64,000 nucleotides of DNA from an uncultured Fibrobacterales bacterium (GTDB lineage: Bacteria > Fibrobacterota > Fibrobacteria > Fibrobacterales > CAWVXU01), in the NCBI GenBank assembly GCA_963934255.1, contig CAWVXU010000001.1, forward strand, positions 30,686 through 94,685. The letters are read 5' to 3'. This document shows, piece by piece, positions 20,331-30,879 of this stretch. The position numbers were made by a program, and so were the translations under genes. Position 1 is the stretch's first letter. Each line of letters begins with the position of its first letter. The notes under the pieces are model-generated. The model searched no databases. It was given only the letters and a program-made list of their open reading frames with translations, and had not been told where the DNA came from.

Positions 20331-21401
20331 ATGAGTTTTAAACAAGGCGTGATAGAAGGCTTTTTTGGGATAGAATGGTCCTGGCAAGCTAGACGCGATA
20401 TAGTCGATTTCATTGGCAAACTTGGAATGTCCACTTACATCTATGCTCCCAAATCAGATCGTAAATTAAGAACTCAATGGACTGAAGATTGGGATGATGA
20501 TACCTACCAAGAGCTGAAGTCTCTAGCAGCATACACACAAGAGGCTAAAGTCGAATTTGGCATAGCTTTGAGTCCTATTAGTTTGTATGAAAATATTTCC
20601 AAATCCGATCACACTGACCTACTTAATAAAATCAATGCAATCAAAGAACTGAAGCCTAATATTGTTTGTTTATGTTTCGATGATATGAAGGCTGATATTC
20701 CTGGGCTAGCTCAGATTCAAGTGGAACTTTGCCATACGATTCAAGGATGGCTGCCTGGTGTAGAATTAATTTTATGCCCAAGTTATTACACTTATGACCC
20801 CGTTCTCGAACGAGTTTTTGGCGATCGCCCAAGTGATTATTGGCAAACATTATCACAAGATTTACATCAAGACATTGGCATCTTCTGGACCGGTGAGGAG
20901 GTTTGTTCTCAATCTTATACTGAGGAGCATCTTATAGAAGTTAAAAAGCTCTTGGGTGATCGGCTTTATCTGTGGGATAACTATCCGGTGAATGATGGCA
21001 AAAAATTAGTTGATTTTATACATATTAAGGCTCCGGCTGGTCGTGGGGCACATTTAAAAAACCATCTACGTGGAATGATGATTAATCCGATGAATCAAGC
21101 GTACCTGAGTCAAATCCCTCTCTATGCTATGAGTCAAACTATTAAGCAAGATGATAGTGAGTTCATGGAAAATCAATTAACGCAAGAGTCAATAGATTAT
21201 TGTTTAGTGCAACAGCCTAAAGCAATTGATTTCTTTAAAAAATACAGAGTTCATATGCAAGATGTGGGGCTGAGTGATATGAGTGTCACTAAGAAGAAAG
21301 AGATACTTGAAGCCGCAGACTTTTTACCCAAGCTCATGCAATCAGAAGTGATTGACTGGCTCAATGGGGTCTATGAATTCGATCCTAAGTGTTTAACATA
21401 A
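20331..21401 (+). CDS. GH84 beta-N-acetylglucosaminidase (O-GlcNAcase/hyaluronidase family)
   Basis: GVIEGFFG..W, YIYAPKSD, catalytic FDD, FWTG..V, WDNYPVND, NPMNQ. Confidence 0.9.
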   Translation: MSFKQGVIEGFFGIEWSWQARRDIVDFIGKLGMSTYIYAPKSDRKLRTQWTEDWDDDTYQELKSLAAYTQEAKVEFGIALSPISLYENISKSDHTDLLNKINAIKELKPNIVCLCFDDMKADIPGLAQIQVELCHTIQGWLPGVELILCPSYYTYDPVLERVFGDRPSDYWQTLSQDLHQDIGIFWTGEEVCSQSYTEEHLIEVKKLLGDRLYLWDNYPVNDGKKLVDFIHIKAPAGRGAHLKNHLRGMMINPMNQAYLSQIPLYAMSQTIKQDDSEFMENQLTQESIDYCLVQQPKAIDFFKKYRVHMQDVGLSDMSVTKKKEILEAADFLPKLMQSEVIDWLNGVYEFDPKCLT

Positions 21402-21569
21402 AGCTGTATGAAGATTAACGTCTAAGAATTGACGTTAATTATTTTCGATGTGGTTTTGTCATTTCTAGGTCAAATAACTCAAAAAAAGTCTAAATCTACC
21501 GAAAACCTTTGGTCAAGGCCTCTCAAAAGGATATGCTTAGTAAGTACATCCTTTGAATTGGGAGGCTCG

Positions 21570-22886
21570 ATGTCTACAGCTAAAATATTTGTCTTAGATA
21601 CTAATGTCATTCTGCATGACCATGCATGCATGAGAAGTTTCGGTGGTAATGCGGTTGTTCTTCCCATCGCAGTCCTCGAAGAACTCGATAATTTTAAAAA
21701 AGGTAATGAGAATATTCACTTTCAAGCGCGTCAATTTGTGCGTGAGCTTGATACTTTATCTGGAGATAAGCTCTTTGATAGAGGTGTTAAATTAGGCCCA
21801 GAACTCGGGTATCTTAAAGTGGATCTCACTCCGACTTTTCATCATGATCTCATGGGATTATTTGATCCATCCAAGCCGGATCATCAGATTCTTAATACGG
21901 CTTATTCTTTAATGAAAAACCATACTGATCGCCAAATCTTTCTCATCACAAAAGATGTGAATTTGAGGATGAAAGCCAAAGCTATTGGTTTGCTTTCACA
22001 AGACTATTTAACAGATCAAATTGCTGATATTCATTCGATCTATCAAGGTATGCACACTGAAGAGTCATTTAATGATGAAGAAATTTCTCAGCTCTATCAA
22101 GAAAATGGAAAGCTTACCATTACGCATGACTTAGCTATTGCTCCTACTGAAAATGAATACATGGTGATCAAAGGGAATGCTAGCTCGGCGCTCGGCGTTT
22201 ATAGGAATCAAGCAATTTATAAAGTGGACAAAAATGCAGCATATGGTATAAAACCAAAAAATTCGGAGCAAAATTTTGCACTTGAAGCGTTGCTCAATCC
22301 TGATATTCAATTGGTCACTATCTCTGGTAAAGCCGGCACAGGTAAGACGCTACTTGCCTTAGCTTCAGCACTTGAACAGCGCAAATATTATAGGCAAATA
22401 TTTATTGCCAGACCCGTTGTTGCATTATCCAATAAAGATATTGGATTCTTACCTGGTGATATTAATTCAAAACTCGACCCCTATATGCAACCTCTCTTCG
22501 ATAACCTTTCTGTGATTCAAAATCAATTTGAAAATACGAGTGAGAGTTATATCAAAATCAATAAAATGATTGAAAATGAAAAGTTAAAAATCGCGCCCTT
22601 AGCCTATATTCGTGGACGAAGCTTAAATAATATTTTCTTTATAATTGATGAAGCACAGAATTTATCTCCACATGAAGTCAAGACCATTATCACACGAGCC
22701 GGTGAAGGTACAAAGATTATATTTACAGGCGACATTAATCAAATTGACCATCCATATCTAGATAGCCACACAAATGGACTCAGCAGCATGATAGGGCGCA
22801 TGAAAGGTCAAAAGCTTTATGCTCATGTGAATCTTGAACGAGGCGAGAGGTCTGAACTAGCTGATTTGGCCAGTGATTTATTATAA
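21570..22886 (+). CDS. PIN-PhoH (PhoH2/YlaK-like) ATPase
   Basis: VLDTNVILHD, TKDVNLRMKA, GKAGTGKT, IRGRS, DEAQN, GDINQID; GGAGG RBS before ATG 21570. Confidence 0.93.
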   Translation: MSTAKIFVLDTNVILHDHACMRSFGGNAVVLPIAVLEELDNFKKGNENIHFQARQFVRELDTLSGDKLFDRGVKLGPELGYLKVDLTPTFHHDLMGLFDPSKPDHQILNTAYSLMKNHTDRQIFLITKDVNLRMKAKAIGLLSQDYLTDQIADIHSIYQGMHTEESFNDEEISQLYQENGKLTITHDLAIAPTENEYMVIKGNASSALGVYRNQAIYKVDKNAAYGIKPKNSEQNFALEALLNPDIQLVTISGKAGTGKTLLALASALEQRKYYRQIFIARPVVALSNKDIGFLPGDINSKLDPYMQPLFDNLSVIQNQFENTSESYIKINKMIENEKLKIAPLAYIRGRSLNNIFFIIDEAQNLSPHEVKTIITRAGEGTKIIFTGDINQIDHPYLDSHTNGLSSMIGRMKGQKLYAHVNLERGERSELADLASDLL

Positions 22887-23020
22887 GCTATTTTACAAAT
22901 CAAAAGAAACTTTGCTTTGCCCGTTTTCTTTTGATTCCTGGGCGAGTTCACCACCAAACCGGGCAACAGTGTTCAAGAGAAAAAGGTAAAACTACACCAA
23001 GATTAACTATTGGTTTTAGA

Positions 23021-23131
23021 TCAATTTTTTAAATTCTTGAAAGATACCTCGGAATAAAAGCCAACTATGACTGTGCTTAGAGAGAGAATGAGCCCTACAT
23101 AAAGTAGGAGCGACGCCAATAAGGCTGACAT
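23021..23131 (-). CDS. Possible 36-aa single-TM peptide or gene remnant
   Basis: GGAG RBS; MSALLASLLLYVGLILSLSTVIVGFYSEVSFKNLKN. Confidence 0.35.
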   Translation of the reverse strand: MSALLASLLLYVGLILSLSTVIVGFYSEVSFKNLKN

Positions 23132-23244
23132 AAGTACTCCGAAGATTTAGGAATTTTGGAAAGACAGGCTAAATAAAAGTCAATGAGATCTACCAACTTA
23201 CTCTGTAGGATGAGATGGCGGATTACAGAAATTAAATGAGTTAT

Positions 23245-23880
23245 TTAAATCTTAATAACAAGTTCTTCTAAAGTTTTGCGAACCTTTAGAGCACCAGCTG
23301 TAGCATCATCTTGACTTCTGTACCCGATCGCTGCAACAACGGTTGAAGCTAGGCCTTGAGACTTAAGCCCAAGAATTTCATCAAATTGAGCTGGTTCAAA
23401 CCCTTCAATTGGAGTCACATCAATTTTCATATTTGCTGCTAGGTTGAGAAGGTTACCCAGTGCAATATATGTTTGTTTAGCCATCCATGCTTGCTTGGTT
23501 TCTTGTGGCATTGATTGAACTACGGCCTTTTTCATAAAGTCACCATATCCTGATAGTGCTTCTAATGGGGCGCCTCGAGTTTCTGAGATATTTTTAAGGT
23601 ATGAGTCAATGTCATCAACTGTAACATCAGTTTGCGCTGTAAAAACGAGTAGGTGAGAGGCGTCTACTACTTGGCCTTGGCCCCATGCAGCAGCTTGAAG
23701 TTTTAAGCGAATTTGCTTATCTTCAACTTGTACAAACTTCATCAGCTGCAGTCCGTATGAAGTAGCTGTCAGCTTGAGTCCTTCAAGTAAAGTAGTGAAA
23801 TCTTCGTCGCTTACTTTTTTGTCTGCGTCAAATTTTTTCGTGGCATATCTCCAATTGAGATCTTTGATAACTTGTGACAT
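23245..23880 (-). CDS. NAD(P)H-dependent nitroreductase (NfsB-like)
   Basis: LNWRYATKKFD, SYGLQ, KQTYIALG, PIEGF, GYR; AAGGA RBS. Confidence 0.92.
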   Translation of the reverse strand: MSQVIKDLNWRYATKKFDADKKVSDEDFTTLLEGLKLTATSYGLQLMKFVQVEDKQIRLKLQAAAWGQGQVVDASHLLVFTAQTDVTVDDIDSYLKNISETRGAPLEALSGYGDFMKKAVVQSMPQETKQAWMAKQTYIALGNLLNLAANMKIDVTPIEGFEPAQFDEILGLKSQGLASTVVAAIGYRSQDDATAGALKVRKTLEELVIKI

Positions 23881-23920
23881 GTTGTATTCCTTTTTGTTGG
23901 TTAAAATGAGAGTAATTTTT

Positions 23921-24658
23921 TTAAGACATGGGTACTTCAATGAGAAGTAATTCTGTTTTTTTTAAAGACTTAGCGCTAAACTCGGGGAGGTCGGCAAATT
24001 GAGTTAGGCCGATAGCATCGCGTTTGTGAAGAGTCTGACCTTTAATTTCAATACTCCCATCAATGACCATAAGAAAGACTCCAGATTTTGGATTCTCTAA
24101 TTTGTATGTGAAATCAATATCTGCATTAAAATCTGCACGTTTAAACCAGGCATCTTGATGGATTAAGAGTGCGCCTTGCTTTTTGTCTCGGGAATTAGAC
24201 CCTGAAGGTGAGACGAGAGCTTGCCATCTATTTTGACGATCTTTGGAGCTAAAGGCTCTTTGTCCATAGTCTGGTTTACGATTCTTTTTTTTGGTGAAAA
24301 CCCAAATTTGAAAGAGGGCGGTTTTTTTGTTGTCATTGGGGTTGTACTCAGAATGCCTAATTCCGGTGCCAGCTGACATCACTTGAACCTCACCAACGCT
24401 GAGGGTTTCGCCATTTCCCATGGAGTCTTTATGAGCTATCTGCCCCTCAAGGGGGATGGTAACGATTTCCATATTTTCATGAGGATGCGTAGGGAAGCCC
24501 TGACCTGCATCGATGACATCGTCATTAAGAACTCTAAGTGCTCCAAAATGAACTCGCTTCGGATTATTGTATCCGGCAAATGAAAAGGTGTGTCTAGCTT
24601 TTAGCCAACCATGATTGGCTTGACCTCGGTCGGCTGCTGAGTAGATTTCATGCCGCAT
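23921..24658 (-). CDS. Pirin family protein (YhhW-like)
   Basis: HGWL..RHTFSFA, FGALRVLNDD, HPHENMEI, HKDSMG, MSAGTGIRHSE, QIW. Confidence 0.95.
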   Translation of the reverse strand: MRHEIYSAADRGQANHGWLKARHTFSFAGYNNPKRVHFGALRVLNDDVIDAGQGFPTHPHENMEIVTIPLEGQIAHKDSMGNGETLSVGEVQVMSAGTGIRHSEYNPNDNKKTALFQIWVFTKKKNRKPDYGQRAFSSKDRQNRWQALVSPSGSNSRDKKQGALLIHQDAWFKRADFNADIDFTYKLENPKSGVFLMVIDGSIEIKGQTLHKRDAIGLTQFADLPEFSAKSLKKTELLLIEVPMS

Positions 24659-24676
24659 AAATTATCCTTGTTAATA

Positions 24677-24719
24677 TATTACATGTAAACAATATAGATT
24701 AAATTGTTTACATGTAAAC
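24677..24719. promoter_or_regulatory. Tandem palindromic operators over pirin promoter
   Basis: taTTACATGTAAAC 24677-24690 and perfect GTTTACATGTAAAC 24706-24719. Confidence 0.8.
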
Positions 24720-24786
24720 TATGTTCTTGATTTATCGGGTAGAACGGTCCTTTTTTGCGAAGACCGGGCTTTATCAGGTCTTATTC

Positions 24787-25293
24787 TTAACGTTTATTTT
24801 TTTTACTGAGTAGCTCTTGGAACTCACTCGCGCGATTCATATTGACGCCCATATCAGAATGCCCTGTCCTTGAGGCAGATCTTAGATGTATCAATCCCTT
24901 TTCTAAATCAATTCGTAACTCAAAGTCATCTACAAATCGAAAAATCATAGAAGTAAAGGTGGCAGAGATATAAGATGAGTTTTGAACTTGAGTATTTTCG
25001 ACGAGTTTTCCATCCATTTTTTTAATCACTTCGGTGATATTCTTTTTAAGAGCGGAGAATTCCATGGATGTTGGAAATTTGATGGCCGAAAAATAATGTT
25101 CAGCATCATTTTTGTCTTCACTTTGAACGCAATTAGGAGAGCTTGGACAAGCAATGAGCTTATTGTTTGTTAAGCTACCTTGAGCGTTGAGGCTCGGTGA
25201 CGGCGGTGCCGATGAACAAGCACCTAAGAATGTAATTACAAGAGCTAGAAAGCTTAATACTGCAAGGCGTATAGATGTTTTGATGGTATTCAT
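24787..25293 (-). CDS. DUF1499 lipoprotein
   Basis: LGAC lipobox; CPSSPNCV; FRFVDD.E; RSASRTGHSDMGVN. Confidence 0.9.
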   Translation of the reverse strand: MNTIKTSIRLAVLSFLALVITFLGACSSAPPSPSLNAQGSLTNNKLIACPSSPNCVQSEDKNDAEHYFSAIKFPTSMEFSALKKNITEVIKKMDGKLVENTQVQNSSYISATFTSMIFRFVDDFELRIDLEKGLIHLRSASRTGHSDMGVNMNRASEFQELLSKKNKR

Positions 25294-25439
25294 TTGGATC
25301 TCAATTGAAGTGAGGGTATTACAAAGGCTGTGGTAATCTTAGAACTAAGAGAGCTGAGTTTAAATTACTTTCGTGTCAGTGGCTTATCTATCCCGATGAC
25401 TTGTGGTCATACTGAGATAAAATGCACAGACTCCCAAGC

Positions 25440-26969
25440 TTATGATTCGAATTCGTCCAATGGAACATGATACTTTGGATCCTCGACAACATTGACTTCA
25501 ACCAAGTCACCTGCTTTTTTTAGAAGGATTTCACAATCTTCAGAGAGATGTAAAAGATGCAGTCGCTTGCCTAAAGCTTTATATTTTTCTGAAACTGCGT
25601 GAATGGCATCTAGACCTGAGTGGTCATGAACCCTAGTGCGTTGGAAGTCTAAATAAACATCATCAGGGTCTTTGGTCGGGTCAAAAAGTTCTTTAAACTG
25701 AGTAGTTGATGCAAAGAAAAGGTGTCCATCAATGGTTAAAACCTTTTCACCATTTTTGCCAGTGCTTGATTTCAAAGTCATCTTAGAAGCGGATTTCCAT
25801 GCAAATACTAAAGCGGAGATGATAATACCCACACCTACAGCAACAGCGAGGTCTGTAAATACAGTCACAGTAGATACAGTAACAATGACAAGAGAATCTG
25901 ATTTAGGGATGCGCTTCATGACACGGAATGAAGACCATTCAAAAGTACCCACAACCACCATGAACATCACACCAGTTAATGCTGCCATTGGCACCATTTC
26001 AATTAGATCAGAGGCTACTACGATGAAAAGTAATAGTCCGAGTGCTCCTGTGAGGCCTGAAAGTCGTCCACGTCCACCAGAGTTGACATTAATAATGGAT
26101 TGACCGATAGTGGCACAACCACCCATACCACCAAAGAATCCAGTGACGATATTGGCTACACCTTGACCCACACATTCTCTATTACCACGACCACGAGTCC
26201 CAGTCATCTCATCAATGAGTGATAATGTGAGCAGTGATTCAATCAGTCCAATAGCGGCAAGTATAATAGCAGTCGGCAAGATGATCATCATTGCATCAAG
26301 ACCAAAAGGTATTTGTGGTATGTGAAAAGAAGGGAATCCACCAGCTACTGAGGCAATATCACCGACAGTATTAGTATCCACTACAAAGACCGAGATAAGT
26401 GTCACAACGATAATGGCGATCAAAGCAGAAGGAACTGCCTTAGTGATTTTAGGTAGATAATGCATGATAAGCATAGTTAAAATAACCAGGCCCACCATAA
26501 CAGCAAGTTCAGAACCTTGCATCCATACTCTGGAGCCATCATCTAATATGTTTTTAAAGGCAGATAACTGAGCGAGTCCGATGACAATAGCCAGGCCATT
26601 CACAAAGCCAAACATCACAGGCGCCGGGATGAGTCGGATGAATTTACCCAACTTGGTCACTCCACACAATACCTGAATAATTCCCATTAAAACGACAGTT
26701 GCAAATAAGTACTCTACACCATGGTCTGAAACTAAGTCCACCATAACAACAGCAAGTGCGCCAGTTGCACCAGAAATCATCCCGGGGCGTCCACCTAAAA
26801 GAGAGGTAAAAAGACCAATGATAAAGGCTGCGTAAAGACCCACTAATGGGTCAACACCTGCGACAAAGGCAAAAGCCACAGCTTCGGGCACGAGCACGAA
26901 GGAGACCGTGATACCTGAAAGAATATCGTTTTTAATCGATCCCTTAGGGTCAGTTAAATATTTTAACAT
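25440..26969 (-). CDS. SulP family anion transporter with STAS domain
   Basis: PEAVAF, GGRPGMISGATGA, GCATIGQS, GHLFFAS, DHSG. Confidence 0.95.
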   Translation of the reverse strand: MLKYLTDPKGSIKNDILSGITVSFVLVPEAVAFAFVAGVDPLVGLYAAFIIGLFTSLLGGRPGMISGATGALAVVMVDLVSDHGVEYLFATVVLMGIIQVLCGVTKLGKFIRLIPAPVMFGFVNGLAIVIGLAQLSAFKNILDDGSRVWMQGSELAVMVGLVILTMLIMHYLPKITKAVPSALIAIIVVTLISVFVVDTNTVGDIASVAGGFPSFHIPQIPFGLDAMMIILPTAIILAAIGLIESLLTLSLIDEMTGTRGRGNRECVGQGVANIVTGFFGGMGGCATIGQSIINVNSGGRGRLSGLTGALGLLLFIVVASDLIEMVPMAALTGVMFMVVVGTFEWSSFRVMKRIPKSDSLVIVTVSTVTVFTDLAVAVGVGIIISALVFAWKSASKMTLKSSTGKNGEKVLTIDGHLFFASTTQFKELFDPTKDPDDVYLDFQRTRVHDHSGLDAIHAVSEKYKALGKRLHLLHLSEDCEILLKKAGDLVEVNVVEDPKYHVPLDEFES

Positions 26970-27175
26970 TTATTTTCCTTGGCAACTTGCCTTTAGAGCC
27001 GAAAACTCAGCTTCTCAATATGCGCACAAAGGTAGTTAAAAGCCCACTACTAATTAGAGGGTTCTATGGGTTTATCTCGTGGTTCAATTCAAGGAGGTTG
27101 AGTTTATTGAGACCTTATTGATAGATTATTCAGTGAGTTCGCCATTTCCCTTCTAGATAAAACTAGTTTTTGCTT

Positions 27176-27625
27176 ATGAAAATATATGTAGATGCAGATG
27201 CTTGCCCCGTACTAGCAAAAGAAACGCTTTTTAAAGTCAGTGAAAGACTGAGTGTGACATTGGTATTTATCGCCAATCAATTTATGAGACTCCCCAAAGA
27301 CCCTCTGGTTGAATTTATCCTTGCTAATGATGGCCCTGATGAAGCCGATAACATGATTGTTGAATTAATGGAAGCCGGTGATTTGGTCATTACCTCAGAT
27401 ATCCCATTAGCTGATCGTGCGATCAAAAAGGATGGTGATGTTTTGGATCCCCGTGGAGTGGTGATGGATAAAGAAAACATCGGAAGTAAACTCGGGACGA
27501 GAAACCTGATGGAAGAGCTAAGAAACAATGGTCTAAATACAGGTGGGCCTTCAGCTTATAGCAAGAAGGATCGTCAGGATTTTGCTAATGCAATTGATAA
27601 GTATTTGACGCGTCGTTTGGGGTAA
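27176..27625 (+). CDS. YaiI/YqxD (DUF188) family protein
   Basis: IYVDADACPV, DEAD, DLVITSDIPLA, GGP. Confidence 0.92.
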   Translation: MKIYVDADACPVLAKETLFKVSERLSVTLVFIANQFMRLPKDPLVEFILANDGPDEADNMIVELMEAGDLVITSDIPLADRAIKKDGDVLDPRGVVMDKENIGSKLGTRNLMEELRNNGLNTGGPSAYSKKDRQDFANAIDKYLTRRLG

Positions 27626-27658
27626 GGGTTCGTTAAAATTTAGTTGAGGATTTAAAAT

Positions 27659-30442
27659 CTATTTCTTCACAATACTTTCAAGGTCAAACTTTATCTGATG
27701 AGTAGGATTAAGGATTAATTTAGCATCAAATCCGTCACTATTTTTCCCTTTGAATCCCGATAGAAGCGGGCTTGTTTTATTTTTGAGGATGCTTTGAATC
27801 TCAGATATACTCATTGAGCGGCTTGCGATAGTTTTGGGCGTTTTCCAACCACATTGTGGTCGTGCACATTCAAATGAATTTGATGTTTCTATAACTCGAT
27901 CTGCACAAGTAGGACAGGTTATATGACCTAAATGAGTTGAGTTGCGACTATTTAAACTTTGAGCCTGACCGGCTGAACTTTTGGCCCCTTCATTACTCTG
28001 GTTCCCACGCGAATTACTCCTAGAATTATCAAACTCAAACTCCACTTTAAACTGTGAATTAAACTTAAGCATAGCACTAAAGTGACTTCCCTTTTTACTC
28101 TTAAAATCTTCAATCATCTCAGTCGGTTTCTTCTTCATGAGAAGCGAGATTTCTTTGTTGCTGAGTGGATGTGAAGCCACCGTCTTCCATAATGTAAAAG
28201 GACATCTATCTTGATCACAACGAATCAGCTTGGCGTTTTCCGAAGTCGTGCTTTTACAAGCCGGACACTTGTGTTTGGTTTCTTTAAAACTTCGACTCGG
28301 GTCTTCTTCAAAGATAAGCTTGAGTTCTTTGTTTTCATCAAAAGCTAAGTCCGCGACAAAGTCAAAACCACGTTTGGATTTGAATCCAGTCAGCTTTGAT
28401 AATTTGGCGCCGCCCAAAAGTTGCTGAGTCTCTTCAATACTCAAAGAACGACCTGCGACTGCAAATCCCATCTTAAACTCACAGCTTTCGTCAGAGCATT
28501 TGAGGCCCCAGTTTAGGCGATTCAGTTGAGACTCACATTTGAGGCACTTGAATCCTTTGGCATCAAAGTCAAAATCTTCACGTTCAAAATCTACACTGTG
28601 GTCACTCTTAAGATTGCTAAAAATATCTTGAACAAAGGACACTGTCTCTTGATAGAATTTCGCTGGGTCTAATCTACCACGTTCGACTTCTTTGAGTTTG
28701 TATTCCCATTCACCCGTGAGGATGGCGGATTTCAAATTCACTTGAACTGAGTCAATCAGAGCGCGACCTTTCATGGTGGACATGATGTGGCCTTTATCTT
28801 CCATGATAAATTCACGGCTTTTTAAAGTTTCAATGATACCGGCTTGTGTGGCTGGAGTTCCGAGGCCTCTATCTTTCATGGCTTCGGCGAGCTCTTCATC
28901 TTCAAGTGAACGGCCAGCTGCTTTCATGGCAGTCAGCAAAGTTCCCTCAGTATAATACTTAGGCTTAGACTTTTTCTTCTCAGTAATTTTGACATCTGAA
29001 AGTGGTGCTTTGTCGCCTTCTGTCCATTGAGGTAGTTCAGTGACCCAAGTGTCCTTCTCATCTTTTTCATCATCATAGTCATCAGATTTTTTGGACTTCG
29101 TTTTAGCTATAGAGTCAGCATCTTGACCTGACTCTTTTTTGTCACCAAATAAAGATTTATATCCCTTTTGAATCTCGACTTTAAACTTAGTGCGAAACTG
29201 TGTCTCTTCAACTTCTAGGGTAGCACTGGCTTCATTCCAAACATGAGGCTCTAGCCAAGCAAGTACAAAACGATTGCGTATTAATCGATAAAGTGCCATC
29301 TCTTCGGCCCCCAAACTAGGCATGTTTGAGCCTGTGGGGATGATAGCAAAGTGATCTGTGACTTTCTTTGAATTCACGAAAACAAAGTTCTGGGTTGAAG
29401 GTCTCATCAATTTCCGCTCGCGTTCACTACAACATTTGGAGGCAAGTTGATAGGATTCCATTTTCATGGTATCAGGTAAGTATGCCGAATCTGTCCGAGG
29501 ATAAGTGATGAGCTTTTTTTCATATAATACCTGTGCGACTTCGAGTGTTCGGGCCGCTTTCATTTTTAATTTTTTATTGGCATCTTTCTGAAGATCAGTG
29601 AGGTCAAAGGGCTTTGAGGGGAAACTTTTCTTAACTGATTTTTTCCACTCGATCAATTCAGCTTTTTTATTGTTTACCTTTGATTGGAGTCTAGTAGCAA
29701 TTGCCTTTTCTTCCACCCAAGAAACTTTATTTTCTGCAATCCATGAAAATTGATATTCAGACCAGACCGCTTCAAGTCCATAATAGAAGAGCTCTTGAAA
29801 GTTTTCCACATCCGAGTCACGCTCAACAACAAGATTAAGTGTAGGAGTTTGAACTCGTCCTACAGAGAGAAGCTTACCATGTCCTGCTGTCAAGGTATAA
29901 GCCCGGGTCGCATTGAGACCCACAAGCCAATCAGCTCTTTGCCTTAGTCTTGCGGCATAGGATAAGTTTTTACGATGACTATTCTCCTCGAGTTTGCCCC
30001 AGGCCACGTCAAGGTCTTTTTCTACAAATGAATTGACCCAGAGTCTTTTGACTTTTTTTTCTTTGAGAGTGGGATTGATATCTAATAGAAGGTCAAATAT
30101 TAAATTACCCTCACGCCCCGCATCGGCACCATTGATGATAGTGTCTGCTTGACCTAAAAGATTTTGTACAATGTGAAATTGTTTTTGAGTTCGATCAATA
30201 ATTTGAAGTCGAAATTGGTCTGGTATTAAGGGTAGAGACTTTAGGGCCCAAGAGCCTTGATAGCCTTCATATTGATCAAAAGGAGCGAGTGTTACTAGAT
30301 GACCCACCGCCCATGTGATACAGTAATTTTGACCTCGAATATACCCATCTTGATTAGAGAATTTTTCGCCCTCTTGGCGCTCGAGTAACTTTTGATAATG
30401 CTCGCGTGCGACAGACGGTTTTTCGGCAATAAGCAGTATCAT
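27659..30442 (-). CDS. topB: Type IA DNA topoisomerase III with C-terminal Cys-rich/Toprim C repeats
   Basis: AEKPSVA, DAGREG, SVGRVQTPTL, ITYPRTD, GLGTPAT; three repeated GFK.K.G..F.A.L units. Confidence 0.9.
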   Translation of the reverse strand: MILLIAEKPSVAREHYQKLLERQEGEKFSNQDGYIRGQNYCITWAVGHLVTLAPFDQYEGYQGSWALKSLPLIPDQFRLQIIDRTQKQFHIVQNLLGQADTIINGADAGREGNLIFDLLLDINPTLKEKKVKRLWVNSFVEKDLDVAWGKLEENSHRKNLSYAARLRQRADWLVGLNATRAYTLTAGHGKLLSVGRVQTPTLNLVVERDSDVENFQELFYYGLEAVWSEYQFSWIAENKVSWVEEKAIATRLQSKVNNKKAELIEWKKSVKKSFPSKPFDLTDLQKDANKKLKMKAARTLEVAQVLYEKKLITYPRTDSAYLPDTMKMESYQLASKCCSERERKLMRPSTQNFVFVNSKKVTDHFAIIPTGSNMPSLGAEEMALYRLIRNRFVLAWLEPHVWNEASATLEVEETQFRTKFKVEIQKGYKSLFGDKKESGQDADSIAKTKSKKSDDYDDEKDEKDTWVTELPQWTEGDKAPLSDVKITEKKKSKPKYYTEGTLLTAMKAAGRSLEDEELAEAMKDRGLGTPATQAGIIETLKSREFIMEDKGHIMSTMKGRALIDSVQVNLKSAILTGEWEYKLKEVERGRLDPAKFYQETVSFVQDIFSNLKSDHSVDFEREDFDFDAKGFKCLKCESQLNRLNWGLKCSDESCEFKMGFAVAGRSLSIEETQQLLGGAKLSKLTGFKSKRGFDFVADLAFDENKELKLIFEEDPSRSFKETKHKCPACKSTTSENAKLIRCDQDRCPFTLWKTVASHPLSNKEISLLMKKKPTEMIEDFKSKKGSHFSAMLKFNSQFKVEFEFDNSRSNSRGNQSNEGAKSSAGQAQSLNSRNSTHLGHITCPTCADRVIETSNSFECARPQCGWKTPKTIASRSMSISEIQSILKNKTSPLLSGFKGKNSDGFDAKLILNPTHQIKFDLESIVKK

Positions 30443-30879
30443 AGGGTCTCCAATATTTCATCATCAGAATCATGATTGATATCGTTGTCAGGTGGGTTTA
30501 AAATATCATAAAAAAGGTCATCCAATAGTAGATGTTTTGAGACAATTAAATCTTTGTCTTTACGAGACAGCTTTTTGATACGAATCTCTATTTTAGACGC
30601 CTGAGATTTGTTTCCAATACTTTGATGAAAGACCATTTCTAAAGGACTTTTACCTCTGAGGGCTTTGGCACCTTTGGGAGCTCCGTCTAGATGTTCTAAA
30701 AACCGTCGCTCGACATCGGTGCTGATGCCGCAATACAATGTGTTCAGCTTTGTCTTGATTAAGTAGACTGACCAAATATGTGAATTTTTTTGGGTGGAGT
30801 CAGGTTGAGCACTTGGGTCAATAGGAGTAGATTGGGTGGTCAAATCACACCCAAAGGTCAATAGGACCAAATTGCACAA
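30439..30879 (-). CDS. GIY-YIG nuclease (UPF0213/YhbQ-like); start uncertain
   Basis: WSVYLI...LYCGISTDVERRFLEH..GAKALRG...E.RIKKL. Confidence 0.88.
   Translation of the reverse strand: MCNLVLLTFGCDLTTQSTPIDPSAQPDSTQKNSHIWSVYLIKTKLNTLYCGISTDVERRFLEHLDGAPKGAKALRGKSPLEMVFHQSIGNKSQASKIEIRIKKLSRKDKDLIVSKHLLLDDLFYDILNPPDNDINHDSDDEILETL

Noticed and set aside
21429..21569. N-terminal extension of PhoH in the ORF track
   Set aside because: GGAGG RBS and PIN domain start support ATG 21570; similar over-extensions trimmed for several other genes
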